A DNA stretch of 40,352 nt from Catajapyx aquilonaris (taxonomy: Eukaryota): positions 1-40,352 of the forward strand of contig KZ538924.1 in NCBI GenBank assembly GCA_000934665.2, given 5' to 3'. A program made the position numbers and the translations under genes. The notes beneath the pieces were generated by a model. The model was given only the letters and a program-made list of their open reading frames with translations, was not told the DNA's origin and did not search any database. Positions within the stretch are counted from its first letter, which is position 1. Each line of letters opens with the position of its first letter. Of the stretch, positions 9,601-21,467 are shown in pieces.

Positions 9601-11936
9601 GTCACTTCCCCCCACCCGTCCATTCCCTCTTTTCCTGTGCTATCACCAACTTTCCCACAGTCCTCACCTCCTGGTGTGTTGGTGGCATCAACCTCCACTT
9701 CTTCCCTGGTGTCTGGCAAAAGCCGCAAGAGAGATAAGGGAGGAAAAGGTAGGAAGAAGGAAGAGGGCAGGAGTAGCACTGGGAGCAACACATCTTCAAC
9801 CAACACCAACTCTTGGGCCAGAAGAAGCAGTGATACCCACTGGTACACAGCAGAAAAAGAAGGCAGCAACAGCAATGGACCAGTGATTGAGCTAAGCCAG
9901 CAACTGACTCCAGAAAGGCCACTGAGGTCAGAGGTTGAGAGGGAGAGGCGACTGAGCCGTCCTGGAAGCACTCACTTCTTGCAGGCTGTGAAGGCAAATT
10001 CAGGAAGTAACACACCATCTAAGAGCAGTAGCAACCGAGATTCCATTGGTAAGTGGTAATGTTTTTTTGTATTAATTTTTAAAAATAGTTACCCCATGAT
10101 AGGGCTGAGCCCTCTTAGGGGGAGAAGGGGATTTGTTAATGTTGAATCATGTATGTTTCAACGTTTTTGACGCTCTGGTCCAGGGGCGAGGTGATTGGTA
10201 AGTAATTTTGAAAGTGCTCTATATGCAATGTCCATGTTACCAATATCAAAAGCTATTGCTTTTTTGAAACGTGCTAGGTGGCATTTATTAGTATTGTACT
10301 GACTGAGAACAACTAGATACAGGTGTTCTAGTTGAAATAACTGCAGTGATTGGTGATTTTTTGGCACTGAAATTCTCAATTTTAGTCAGTTTTGAATTAT
10401 TTTTAGTGGTTACCAAAAGTATTAGCTAATACCATAACATTTTTCCTTATATAAGGAAAAATGTTATGTTATTACTTATTAGCTAATATAATGTGAATGC
10501 AGCTTCTTGAAAAGTGGAGGATTATGTTGTGATTGTTGTTTTACTGGAGAATAAACAAAATTGCTGGAAAATTGTGGCTAATCCAAGGTGTTGCAGTTAT
10601 TTTTCACAACAATGTAACTTCAGTTTAAAGTTGCTACAAAATTTTAAGTATCTCAAGGTTAACTCTTTTCTAGCCACAACTGATTCAACTGTGTCCACTG
10701 CCAGTGAGGAAGATGTACCTCCTCCACTCCCTCAAAAGACACGGGAGACTATCTCGGGAGATGTCTTGCAGTCTTCCCGCCCAGATGGAGAAGAACCTGA
10801 TTACTGCAATTTACCTCCCACTGGCCCCTGTGGTGATTACATTGATTCTCCAGAGCAAAACTTGCAGGCAGAAAACAAGGTGAGTGAAATCTGGACCTTT
10901 GAAATTCATAAATAAGGAGTACGTCCCTGCTTCTCTGAATCCTCACCTGTTGTGATGTTTATTATTTGTGCTGAAGCAGAATATTGATATGATGCAATTA
11001 TTTTATGGATGGAAGTTTTAAATGTTTACATTTGTTGGGGGAAGGAGGGGGGGGGGGGCACCTTCATAGAGGCAAAGTTATGTCAATAAAATAACCATTG
11101 GATGTAGGTGATCATCAGGGAGGAGAAGCTGCCTAGAGAGAGAAGTCTGTGTACTTTGAATGTACATGAGCATATCCCTAACTTAAAGTCGATCTGGAAC
11201 TTGCTTGTATGAATATGAGTCACCAGTCTTACAGGGTTGCTAGCTTGTCAGAGAGCATTCTGCAACATTTTCTCTGATGGGAATGTAGCCTTCATTATGA
11301 AACACATGGTATAGAACTATAGATGTAATAAGGTTTTTGAGCATGTGTATTCAGAAATGCTTACCCACTTTGAGACATTCTCAAATGCTGAAAATTGGCT
11401 TGCTGATTTCTTATTAATTAAATCCCCATGGAAAAGTACGAAAATCCTACATTTGGGCAGATGAAACAAACCTAAATCTCCAACGTCATTTGCAACATAT
11501 CACATGAACTGCCAGCAGGCCTGCCAACAGATTAACAGTCAATGGCATCTGTAGTACATATTGATAACTTCCAATAGTGTTCACATCAGAAACATGGGCA
11601 GACTGCTAGATTCTACCTTGAAATGGCATTTTAAAACTCATACTGAAATTGGACTTGTGTCATTTTCATTTGGAAGTCTTTATGCACTTGACAGATCTTT
11701 AATAGATATTGATCATATTAGTGTAACATGCCAAAGCTTCTTGCAGTTATGGGAATCATGACACTTATTTGAAGCGGAATTGTTCATGATACAAGAAAGT
11801 AATTTTAATTTTTTGGTTTCTTCAGGATCTTACCATCAGTGCAGCTGAAGAGGAGGAAGAAAAAGCACCTCCGCCAAAGCCACCCAAAAAGCCTCCTTTG
11901 AGATTACCAGCTGATGTATTCAACTCATCAGGGTAA
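653..11936 (+). CDS. DOCK1: Dedicator of cytokinesis protein, DOCK-A class (DOCK1/DOCK180/myoblast city-like Rac GEF); 3' part only, 5' end lies outside the window
   Basis: Phase-consistent GT-AG exons: 653-855, 916-1410, 2209-2545, 3491-3659, 3930-4191, 4263-4478, 5440-5552, 5720-5818 (likely cassette), 9546-10048, 10674-10879, 11826-11936 (TAA). Motifs [38 protein letters not shown], DHR-2 LSLKLTGMVDPAVMGG (catalytic Val) and C-terminal PPPLPQK/PPPKPPKKPP SH3-binding motifs typical of DOCK1/mbc. Confidence 0.93.
2546..3490 (+). other. U12-type (minor spliceosome) GT-AG intron in the DOCK DHR-2 region
   Basis: The donor is GTATCCTTTT, the U12 consensus. Splicing to TACAG|3491 gives SPRQ-Y-LQVNKVDP in frame. 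There is no polypyrimidine tract next to the AG, and only a weak branch-site-like TTTTCTGAGC at 3471-3480. Confidence 0.8.
2806..3170 (+). mobile_element. tRNA-derived SINE with 16-bp target site duplication
   Basis: A box-like GTGGCTGAG and B box GGTTCAATCC; (TAAA)n tail; perfect TSD TAACTATCTCAAGGAG at 2790-2805 and 3171-3186. Confidence 0.9.
5101..5347. mobile_element. MITE with GAGGAGC terminal inverted repeats, copy 1
   Basis: TIRs GAGGAGCGATAAAGCAAAAC / GTTTTGCTTTGCTGCTCCTC; closely similar to the copy at 34154-34410. Confidence 0.85.
6460..6902. mobile_element. Fold-back MITE with 32-bp perfect TIRs and 7-bp TSD (possibly P-element-like)
   Basis: TIR CAGGGAGCATATACTACATAAGAGGCGCAAAC at both ends; TSD ACATAAC at 6453-6459 and 6903-6909; the interior is largely palindromic. 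Confidence 0.9.
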
Positions 11937-13947
11937 ATGCCACTGTCCCTTCCACTATGCTCCTCTTCTTCACTGCCAGTGTCCCGGGCTAGAGAAGATA
12001 GCTCCCTCCTCATCTACCTCGATGGATGTGTGAGTGTGTGAGATGTTATTTTTACATTTTTCTTACATGAGAGTAGTAATGGGAGACTTCTTATTGAAAC
12101 CTGCCTGAAAAAGACATCTTACTTCCTAGTTACTGTAATAGTATCAGCCACGAGTGGTCTCCATGGTACCAGTTGAACCTGGATTCATGTGTTAAGAGCA
12201 TTTAAAAAAATATCTTGCTCTTTCCTGCCATTCCATAGTAGAATGATAAGGTCTTACAATGGCCAGATACATCTGGTAATCAACTAAGCCGGTAAAGAGG
12301 GTCATTTATTTGGGAGAGATTTTTTAAAAGGCTTTATGTTATTTTTTACTTCTGAGACAGGCATATCCTGCCACTTTTAAATCATATTTTATAAAAGTAC
12401 GAATTGTTTATTCAATAATGTTACATTTTTTTCAAGTGTGCCAAAGAAATAAGCTCCATTTTTGGGGGAGAAATGTGGACTAGAAAGATGCCAAAGTCCA
12501 AGTGCTTTATGCTCATGTAATGTTGTCCATAAGTCTTTGGTAAAGCAACAGTAATTAACCCACTGAGTGAACCAGTCAGTATGTAGTGAACAGTACAAGG
12601 AGACTTCTAGAAAGAAAAGTATAAATATTCTAGCAGTTTTAACCCAAGTTCTTATGTATTAACGTGATGTCACACTTAGGACAGAAGCTAGTTCAGTATT
12701 TGTATGGCCAGTTTAGCCAGAATGGTTTTTATGTGATGATTTTAAACAGTTACGGTACTGGAAACGTGTGATGGAATTTTAATATGTGACCAATTTTTTT
12801 CTATGCATATCATTACCTGGCAAGGAGATAGAAACTGAGCTGGTATGATTTGTTGTTTGAAAGCTGGAAGTCAAAATTGGCATTGCAAAAACAGACATTT
12901 CCCCCAACTCTTGTTGTTTTTGCAAATGACACTATTCATGAGGGACCCTAGTCTTTATATACAATTTATGTTCCGGTCTGTGGAGTTAAATATATTTTAT
13001 GAATTAAATAAAGAAGCCATATCAGAGTAAACATCACAGAAGATAATAAGGAGTACCTCTACAAACATGGAGCTAGTCATCATAAAGATGGGCCAATTGA
13101 TGCAATGGTGGATTGTGTGTGGCCTTTCATACGTCCTGCAATTGCCATATATAAATACCCTCCCAAATGTAGTGTAAAACTTATTTTGTATATTTTTTTC
13201 TGGGTAATATAAATTTTCTTGTGCCCCCATAAGATTCGTGTCATTGAAGGGCTTGATATCAGAAGTTTTGAGCGAGCTGTTTATCAATGTGCCAAGTGTG
13301 CGTATGCAAACACCAAGTCATACCTCTAAAACCAGTGTAGCACAGATCTACAAACTTTTGATGTGAAACCCTTGAATGCTGTTGATATTTCATTGTTTTT
13401 GGAAACTAATGTTTATTTTGAACGGATTGTGTGATGATGAACACATTGATTGAACACAATGAAGTGCAAATTTGTTACCTTCCAAGGCAGTGACATGAAC
13501 TTGGGTGAGATTGATCTTACAGGCTATGAAAGGAAATAAGTAGATTTATATTCAGCAGGTGTCAATTGAAATGCCCTTAGTGGTCAGAAATTTTTGACTC
13601 TGAGCAGTTACTTTAAGCAGTTATTTGGAGTAGTTACTTTTAGAAATTATCAACGTATAAACTGATATTATTGCGTTCTGTGGACCCATCCTTTTTAAAA
13701 CCTGAAAAGGGGGGTCTTGGCATGCAAAATTGAGTTTATTCTTTGCTGTTTCATGCCAATTGTTCCAGTGGACTATTCCTAATCAGAAAATCATTGCAAT
13801 TTACAGCTTGTAGATGATTCAATTTGGTGTCATGTTAGAAGCTGATACTTTTGATGCCCACTAAATGCAATAATGCAAAAGTAGCTGCTTAAAAAGCATA
13901 TTAGTGGAAAAATTTGCTAACCACTAATGGCACTTCAATTGGAACCA

Positions 13948-16900
13948 TTAGGGTCGGTGGTAAGTGCAGTTGGTAAGGTGAGCATAGGATTCAGAATAGA
14001 AGAGAGTGCAGGAAAGGGCATTGTTGTCGAAGGAGGCTTCTGCCACCTTGAGCTCTGGATTGATGGACATGCGGAAGATGTAGACCCCTGGCTTGAGCTC
14101 GGTCACATCTACCCATTGGCAGTCGATATTGTGTCTGTAGATGTCGGAGCATCCTGGAGAGATGCCCTGGTCCCCATAATTGGCGCAGGCATACCTGGGC
14201 CCATTGGATACCCCAGGGATGCACTCATTGTCCTCCAAACAGAAGGATGCCTTATGGCCTTCTGCCACCTTGCGTCCACGGCCATCCAGGACATCAAAAT
14301 GTGCAAACACTTCCATGCTATGGTAGTGCCTGAAATATTATTTGAAAGGTCATGTACAATGCTTATGAATGACATTTATCACCTACCAATTACTAAAGAA
14401 ATATGTGCCAGGATACAGTCAAGGCCTAAATTTATACTTCAGTGGTTTTTAAATATTCTGAGACATGAAAATTCAAATGCATATATTCTCCATAGTGTGA
14501 GTGAACAGTTGTTCATTATGGACATTCAATTCTCTGGTAGTGATTCCTAAATAGTTGAGGTATGGCAGTCTCACTAATTTTCACATTGTGATAGTAGTTG
14601 ATTTCATTAAGGAGGAAGGAAAGGTATCCACTCTTTTTGATTGCAGTAGTGGCATTGACTAATAGTATATACCTGGTGCTTGTATGCTTTCTGAGGGGAT
14701 GCTCCCCTTGCATGGATTTTTTTTAAACCACAGAGAGTTACAAACAGGTCACATGTTTTGGGTCATTTTTTCTTCTTCTGGGTCAGAAAACACTCCCAGA
14801 TTCTATGAAACCAGGCGTCATATATAATTTCCATATAAGTCAATGTAACCAGCTAATATTTTCGATAACAAAACGATAGTTCCAAAGTAACTGCTTAAAA
14901 ATAAGCAGCTGTGTCAAAAAGTAGCCTCATGCTCTCCTAGAAGGACACATGATAAGGAATACTCATATCCTACTTCTTTCCTGAACTTATTTCCTGAGTT
15001 TTAACTTATCAACTGCCATGCGAGGATATTTTTAAGCATGAAGAGACTGTCTGCATCATTTGACACTGGACAAATCTGTTCCTGAGTTGAAAAAAATCAG
15101 ATGGGCGTAAAGGGAAATAATGTGGCATTGAGGCTGGAGTGGCAGTGCCAAGGGGTGTGGTGTAATGTGGAAATGGTGTGGGTTATACGCATATTTCCTG
15201 CTTTTGCAAGCCTTTCTCAGACATCATAATTTATTATGCTGCACCAGTTTTGGAACCATTACCAAGAGACATGAAACTCAGAATACTTGTGGTTGCCCGT
15301 TGGAAGTGCACAAAATAAACACAACTCACATGTGACATGCATGCCACTGCCACATATGCTTGGGTATGGATGGCCGGAAGTCAGCAGTGCCAACGTTGGC
15401 TATACGTGCTGTGAATCTAAGGAGTCGACGTGATTCCAGATGCCAGTTGTAGGAATTTTCTCTCTGTAAGCGGTAGGCGGGAGATGCAAGGCAATTTTCT
15501 TCTAAGGCACACTGCAGGTAGAACAGCTGCCTGTCCTCTAAGTGGACAGTGCGGTACAGCTCATTAGGATCCGGAACCAGATCTGCAATGGCTGAGCAAT
15601 TTAGACTGTTAGCACATTTTATCATGCGGAAGAAATCACTGGCTGTTATGGCCATCTTGAGCTGTGCATGAGGTCGGCATGGCCATGCTTGTGCCTTGGG
15701 CTGTAAGTTGAAATAGTTTATCTCAAGCATGAGACTAGATCCAAGCAATAGGTAAATGGAGCGTGACACCATGAAATAGTCTTGTCTACCACTCACAGGA
15801 CTGTGGATAGATGACCACTGAAAACAACAAAAAAAAAAAAAGCGACATACCCGATAAAATATTTTCAGCAAGAAAAAGTTCTATGAGATTTTGTGTACCC
15901 ATGTGACATGGCCGAAAATTCCTTTTTTTGATACTAGAAAGCGGCACATGATATCCATTTCTAATAAACGTTGCCCTCACTTGTCAGTAATATCACCTGC
16001 ATCAATAATTTCATGTGAGCTGCTTTGTAGGTGCTTAACATAATGATCATAATGGATGAGTTTTTAAATGCAGGATATCCCAACATATACAACAACTGGA
16101 AAAATCACCCATTATACTTAACACAATTTTTAGAATCCAGTTTTTCGAACAATAAAAATAGGGTATTGGAGGGTCTTTTATGCTGGAACTCTGGTTAGGG
16201 TTCTAGTTAGAGACCTGTCATTTGCAATAATTGAGCTTTTTGGAAACATTGCTGAATCCCTTACTCAGTAGTTCTATTTGCACCATGATTTGCACAATGA
16301 GAATGGAAAATAAAACCCAAATGGTGCAAACAATAATGTGAGATAAAATCAGCCCATCCTCCCTGACAGTGATGGATTCATAACTCAGCATGAGTTTCCT
16401 TCACTGTGTTTAACAAGTGTTTAAAGGAAGGGTTCAGTGATTTTGCATGTTGGGCTTCAGAGATCAAGGAAGACTCCCTGATTCCCAAAATGTGGTCAGT
16501 TTTGGAATCTGACGCCGCGTAAACAAATGCCGTTAGGTGAAGGTCCATATCCGCTACTGTATTCGATACGGTAAGCCTACAGCCAGCGCCTCCCGCGGAA
16601 ATTCCGGTAACCTGCCACCACCGTGGCCAATGAGATTGGCTTAGTCTCGGAGCCCATTTTTTCATCTTTGCACGGGACACGGGTTCCCTCTAGCCACAAG
16701 AGTGGAAGCTTCGACCGCTGCATTGAAGCTTCCACTCTTGTGGCTAGAGGGAAGCCGTGTTCGGCACTGATTTTCAAAAAAAATCAACTTTGACTTGAAA
16801 TTTTACGCTTATGGTGCATTTGCCAACAAAACGGATCGGATATTTCAAATCAGGGAGTCGTGTTTGGTTTTTGGAGCTCAACAAGCAAAATCACTGAACC

Positions 16901-19900
16901 CTTCCTTTAAGGATTAATGGCATATTTCACGTTCGGTACGTATAAACACTCACTTTTGGTGCAAACAACACCGGCAACACTTTGACCTTGTCCAGGACAA
17001 TTTCCAGGTGCAGAGAGCCCCAGATGCTGCACAGTGCATTGAGCTAGGGTATCCTCATTCCCATGACATCGCACACCACCCAGACGCACATGGGATGCGT
17101 TGCCTCCAAAGAAGTCTGTCTGCGCTGCATCATTTGCATATCCAAATCCTAGTTGGCGGCACACAACTGCTGCCTCTAGCAGCGACCATCCATCTCCACA
17201 TATCAGCCACCAGCCTGCATATCATACAATGTTAAAACCAAAGAAACAATGGTACAACATGACGACTGATCACCAGACACACCTGCTATGCTTAGGAGTT
17301 ATACTGTATTTGGGAGTAATTCTCTGTTAGTGTCAGTATAGATGGAAACACCTGAAGCATCCAAAATATCAAGACTTTTGATATGTATTAGGCGCATATC
17401 TGAGATCCTGTGACAAAGTGAACAAATGAGATAGCTTACTCCCATCTGGCATCTGGATTTCAACCCGTCCCTCGTCGAAGACACGCCCTCCTCTGAGCCT
17501 CACCGGGAGGCCTATGGGTGGTCCAGCCACCTCTGCCAGTACATCTTGTATCCTGAGAGCTGGGAGTGGATCTGCCGAATCCATTTGGGCAGCTGATTCC
17601 TCATGGTTTGAGTCATCATCCTCACCACTCCCATCATCATCATCCAATTGCCGGCCATGACGTCGGCACACAACTCCAGCAGCCTCAGATGATCCACAGT
17701 CATGGGTGCCCCAGCCATCAAACCGACAATCAGCAAGACGAGACTCACGACCCTCACAGTACAGGTTGTCCATCCAGTACCGTCCTGCACATGGGTATAT
17801 CCAAACATGTAAGTAATGTAACTATGTAAGTAGCAGAGTGTTGACTCATATTAGCATTTGCCTCTTTCATTCTTGAAGATGCTTATATCAGTGATGCTAC
17901 TTTCCCTGACTGCCAAAGTAAGTCACACATTCTAAAGTAACACCTTGTACAATATGAAGTATATCCGAGACCATGACCGAGTTCTCTCAATAATGGAATC
18001 ATGTGCACTACATGACTACAGTTTGTTAGTGTCACCAGAAGGACGAAATAAGGGCACCTTTATGGGTGAGTTTATTTTGCCAAGGAACATGCACATGTAA
18101 CTTTGAAATGATAGGCCAAGAAGCTCTTGGTGTGGGTGGAAGCTTCGATCATGTGTGTAATTTCTATGAACTACATCAAATAAAGCCAGCCAATATACGA
18201 GTATATTTTAAGAGCAGTGGAGGAAAAAAAAATCGTTCCCAGCATGGTATGCTTTACAAAATAATAGTTGCTTCATGTGAAAGTGACATCTCCGATGATG
18301 ATTGTATAGTATAGTGTACTGCAACTTTCCTGCATTCCTGCCTGTATGTGATTTGTTAATATATTACGACAGTGCAAATCATGTCCAGCTCGACTTTCTC
18401 TACTTGCATAAGCTTATGTAATACGATCGACACGGTGGCTTAGTGGTTAGCACCTCAGCCTTCCACCTCTGAGGTCCCGAGTTCGATCCCCGGGTCGGAC
18501 GGAGGATACTTATGTGGATAGAGTTTCGATGGGTTCTCTCTGTGTTCGCGTGGGTTTTCTCAGGGTTCTCCCGTTTCCTCCCACTTTCAAAATCCATCAT
18601 GATTAAAGACGGTTCACGAAGATACTGTGCAAAATGGGTTTTTCGAGCACCCAAGATCTACAGAATGTCTCACAAAGATTGTGTGTGCAAGATGTTATTT
18701 TAAATTATTCTATACTCGTTACCGTGTTTGTTACATACCAGCCCATCCACTTCATTCAATTTTCAAGACTTTAAAATTACAGTACATCGATTTTTACATA
18801 ATATGTGTTGATTACACATGAATATAAAATATCTGGGGAAGGGTGGGGGGTGATGGGATGGGATTATGGAGATCCATGGATTTTAAAGCGAGAGTACATA
18901 TATATAGCCTAGTAGTAGGCTACTTCCGAAGTCCAAGTGGGGAGTATAGGAGGGCAATCGTTGGTTTTTATTTAGCTTAAAAAACAAACTCACGTCAGTC
19001 AGAATCGGTCGGAACTCTAGTGGAAGGGTATTGCACAGCCGACCCCCATAATTCCCCCCCCCCCCTCACCCCGCCTCAGGGCCAGAAGGAGGCGGGGAGG
19101 TGCCCTTAGAATACGCCCGGCAATAGGACCTTGGTACTGACGCCGCTATCCTTGAATTGTTAGCTACATTGTTGGAAAACAAGGCTATTCACAAGACGCA
19201 AATGTTTCATTGTGGGATGATGTTCCGATAGTGCCCTATATTATTATTAATTATGACGCAACAATATTATTAAAAGTGGAAAACTGAAGGAAACATGACA
19301 CCGTACGTTATTGGACATCGTGACACTAGTATCCAAGTTCAGATGGCGAGTTGTAACACAACACACATTCTGCTGCAATGCAACTGACAGTGTCTTAACT
19401 TTTTTTTTGAAAACGGTATATTTATGACAGCCATTGTTGCCCATTGTGGCATCCCAGCAGCGCATCCTACTCTTAACGTTATGGTTATGATCTATGAGCA
19501 TTTCATTAGGTAACCTCATCCTGGAAAAAATGTCTGAGTCTTTGCTGAGCTTTATCCTGGGCGTTAGCTGACCAGTATAAATCGGGCTGATTGCCTCTCA
19601 TTCAGGGGCATACTGTCAGGACCATATACGATTGCTCACAACGTGACTTGTTTCGCCAGTTCCTCTAGATATTAGCTCACGACAAAAGATTACGAAACTC
19701 GAGCCAATGAATTGGAGTTCTGCATTTACAGCGGACCATGGTAAAATTTATCGATCCGTACTAATTACCTGTAGAGCTTATACAATGAAGTAATTACACG
19801 GAAACGGTGGGCTCTGCCAAGATTCTTGACGAGGCTTTCCTTGCCAACTATACATTTTTAACATCCTTGCATCCTATGTTAATAACTGATCATATGATAA

Positions 19901-21467
19901 TTTGCAAAATTTATTCATGAATGCAGGTCTGACACAGGTGCGCGGGTGACATCATCGCGTGGGTAAAAACCCGGTTGGTAAGTGACAGCAAAAAGTAGTT
20001 CAGGTGCTACCCATCAATGGGAAGGTGCCAGGGAAGCGAGAAGTTTCAATGCACCATTTTTCCCACATAGTCACTCAGTACAGCGCAGATGAGGTGGAGG
20101 ATGGGAATAGATTATGCAACAAGACCCTTATTGTGCACAAAATTCCATAATGCCTGCAATTACACGGGGTGGGTCGCACTGTGCGGATTGGAGGAGGTCG
20201 CAACTTTCCCTTGACCTTCTTGTCCATCCGTATCTGTTTTCCTACTCCTGACTGCTGCACAGCCCTTGCTGGCTGCACAGATCACGTCAGCATATCCGCC
20301 TCATCTGCCTGCCTGCCTGCTGCACATAATTAGAACCTTCCCCCTGCCAAGACCCCGCTCCATTCATCAACCATCACTTGATCAAACTTGATTCCAACCG
20401 AGCGCCGCTTGACAACTCTCCATTTAATGCTCCTTATTGGATCATACCCTCTTCGCTTATTGGGAATGACAACGCGTTTTTTTTTTCTATTCTCCTTAGT
20501 AGAGTCTCAATTCTAAAGAAAAAAAATGGTGGTGTACCCCCATCTAGAAGCATTTTATGGTCCATTGCTTTTCGCGGATAACCGCGATGCACTACTACAG
20601 TACTGCACTAGTGCATCGCGGTTATCCTGGAAGTTAGCTAACCTATGCGCGTCTCTCGCTGTGCAGATAAGCGGCCTCTCCAGGCGTAATAGCCGGTGAT
20701 CAACCAGACAAATCTGCATCAGGCCAGGATGCTACATAAGATCACTTAGATTTTCAATTCGACGTGCATTGCTCCGAAACATTTAACATGTCCAGGATGC
20801 ATTGGGTGGGAATTTTAATTAGGGTCGACGCCCTCTGGTGTCATTGCCTCACGCATGCCGGCATACGACTATTTTTACAAAAAAGTGTTGAACCAGAAAG
20901 AAATAGATTTGACTCACTCCTGGCGGGTCCAAAAAATGCGTCGTGCGTGGGCCTGGCTGCAGAGTGGTACCCCAGTTGTCGGCATACGACGTCAGCCTCC
21001 CGTTGGTCCCATTCGTCGTCGCAGACAGATCCCCACTTGCCGGCATGGAATACCTCCACAGTACCTGCGTACCAACATGACATTTTTATGTCCCAAACGT
21101 CTAGACAAGTTTCTCAGCAGAACCGGTTTCCACTTGCACTTTCAGCCCTCCTTATTTAGCATGGAACAATGCATGGATCAGAATTTTTTGCCCTTTTTTG
21201 GCCAACCTGATGACCCACATTTATGGTTATTAGCTAATATCTAGTACCTTGGTGGTCGTCAGGTCCTTCCATGAGGCGTACACTGCCCTCGAGCTTCTTG
21301 GCTCCCCTCAGGTACTTCCGTATGAGTCGAGCCTTCCGATGCCGGTGGGCCCTTCTGTTGGTTCCGGCGACGATGCCGCTTCCATTGGCGCTGGCCTGCT
21401 CCGGAAGAGCCGTCGAGAGTGAGGAGATCACCAGCACCAGCCACAGGAGCCAGCACCACCGGGTCAT
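13948..21467 (-). CDS. Loxl2: Lysyl oxidase-like protein (signal peptide, 2 SRCR domains, LOX catalytic domain), Loxl2-like
   Basis: Phase-consistent exons on the - strand: 21467-21248, 21064-20918, 17784-17440, 17214-16954, 15591-15330, 14329-13948 (TAA). Hydrophobic signal peptide [20 protein letters not shown] motifs [19 protein letters not shown] and EGRVEI...ICGDGW; copper site [16 protein letters not shown] Lys in [12 protein letters not shown] and Tyr in [13 protein letters not shown]. Confidence 0.93.
16425..16906. mobile_element. MITE with TTAA TSD and AGG termini (Kolobok-like)
   Basis: TTAA|AGGAAGGGTTCAGTGATTTTGC ... GCAAAATCACTGAACCCTTCCT|TTAA, plus an internal long hairpin at about 16686-16751. 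Confidence 0.85.
18429..18600 (+). mobile_element. tRNA-derived SINE with V-domain-like core
   Basis: A box GGTGGCTTAGTGG, B box GAGTTCGATCC, then GTGGGTTTTCTCAGGGTTCTCCCGTTTCCTCCCAC resembling the V-SINE core. The 3' limit is uncertain. Confidence 0.75.

Noticed and set aside
11934..12041. In-frame ATG directly after the DOCK stop (possible readthrough extension)
   Set aside because: TAA-A is not a leaky context and nothing supports coding potential.
12813..12830. TTACCTGGCAAGGAGATA resembles the 5' end of U1 snRNA
   Set aside because: The similarity stops after about 18 nt, with no further U1 stem-loops or Sm site.
11937..13947. Overlapping 3' UTRs of the convergent DOCK and LOX genes
   Set aside because: Candidate poly(A) signals (AATAAA at 13007 on +; at 13740 and 13417 on -) allow non-overlapping ends; overlap cannot be shown from sequence.
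13927..14550. 207-aa plus-strand ORF
   Set aside because: Antisense shadow of the LOX last exon with no independent coding features.
18429..18502. tRNA genes at 2806, 18429, 26596 and 29267
   Set aside because: A/B boxes are present but continue into SINE bodies, tails or TSDs, and I could not build complete cloverleafs.
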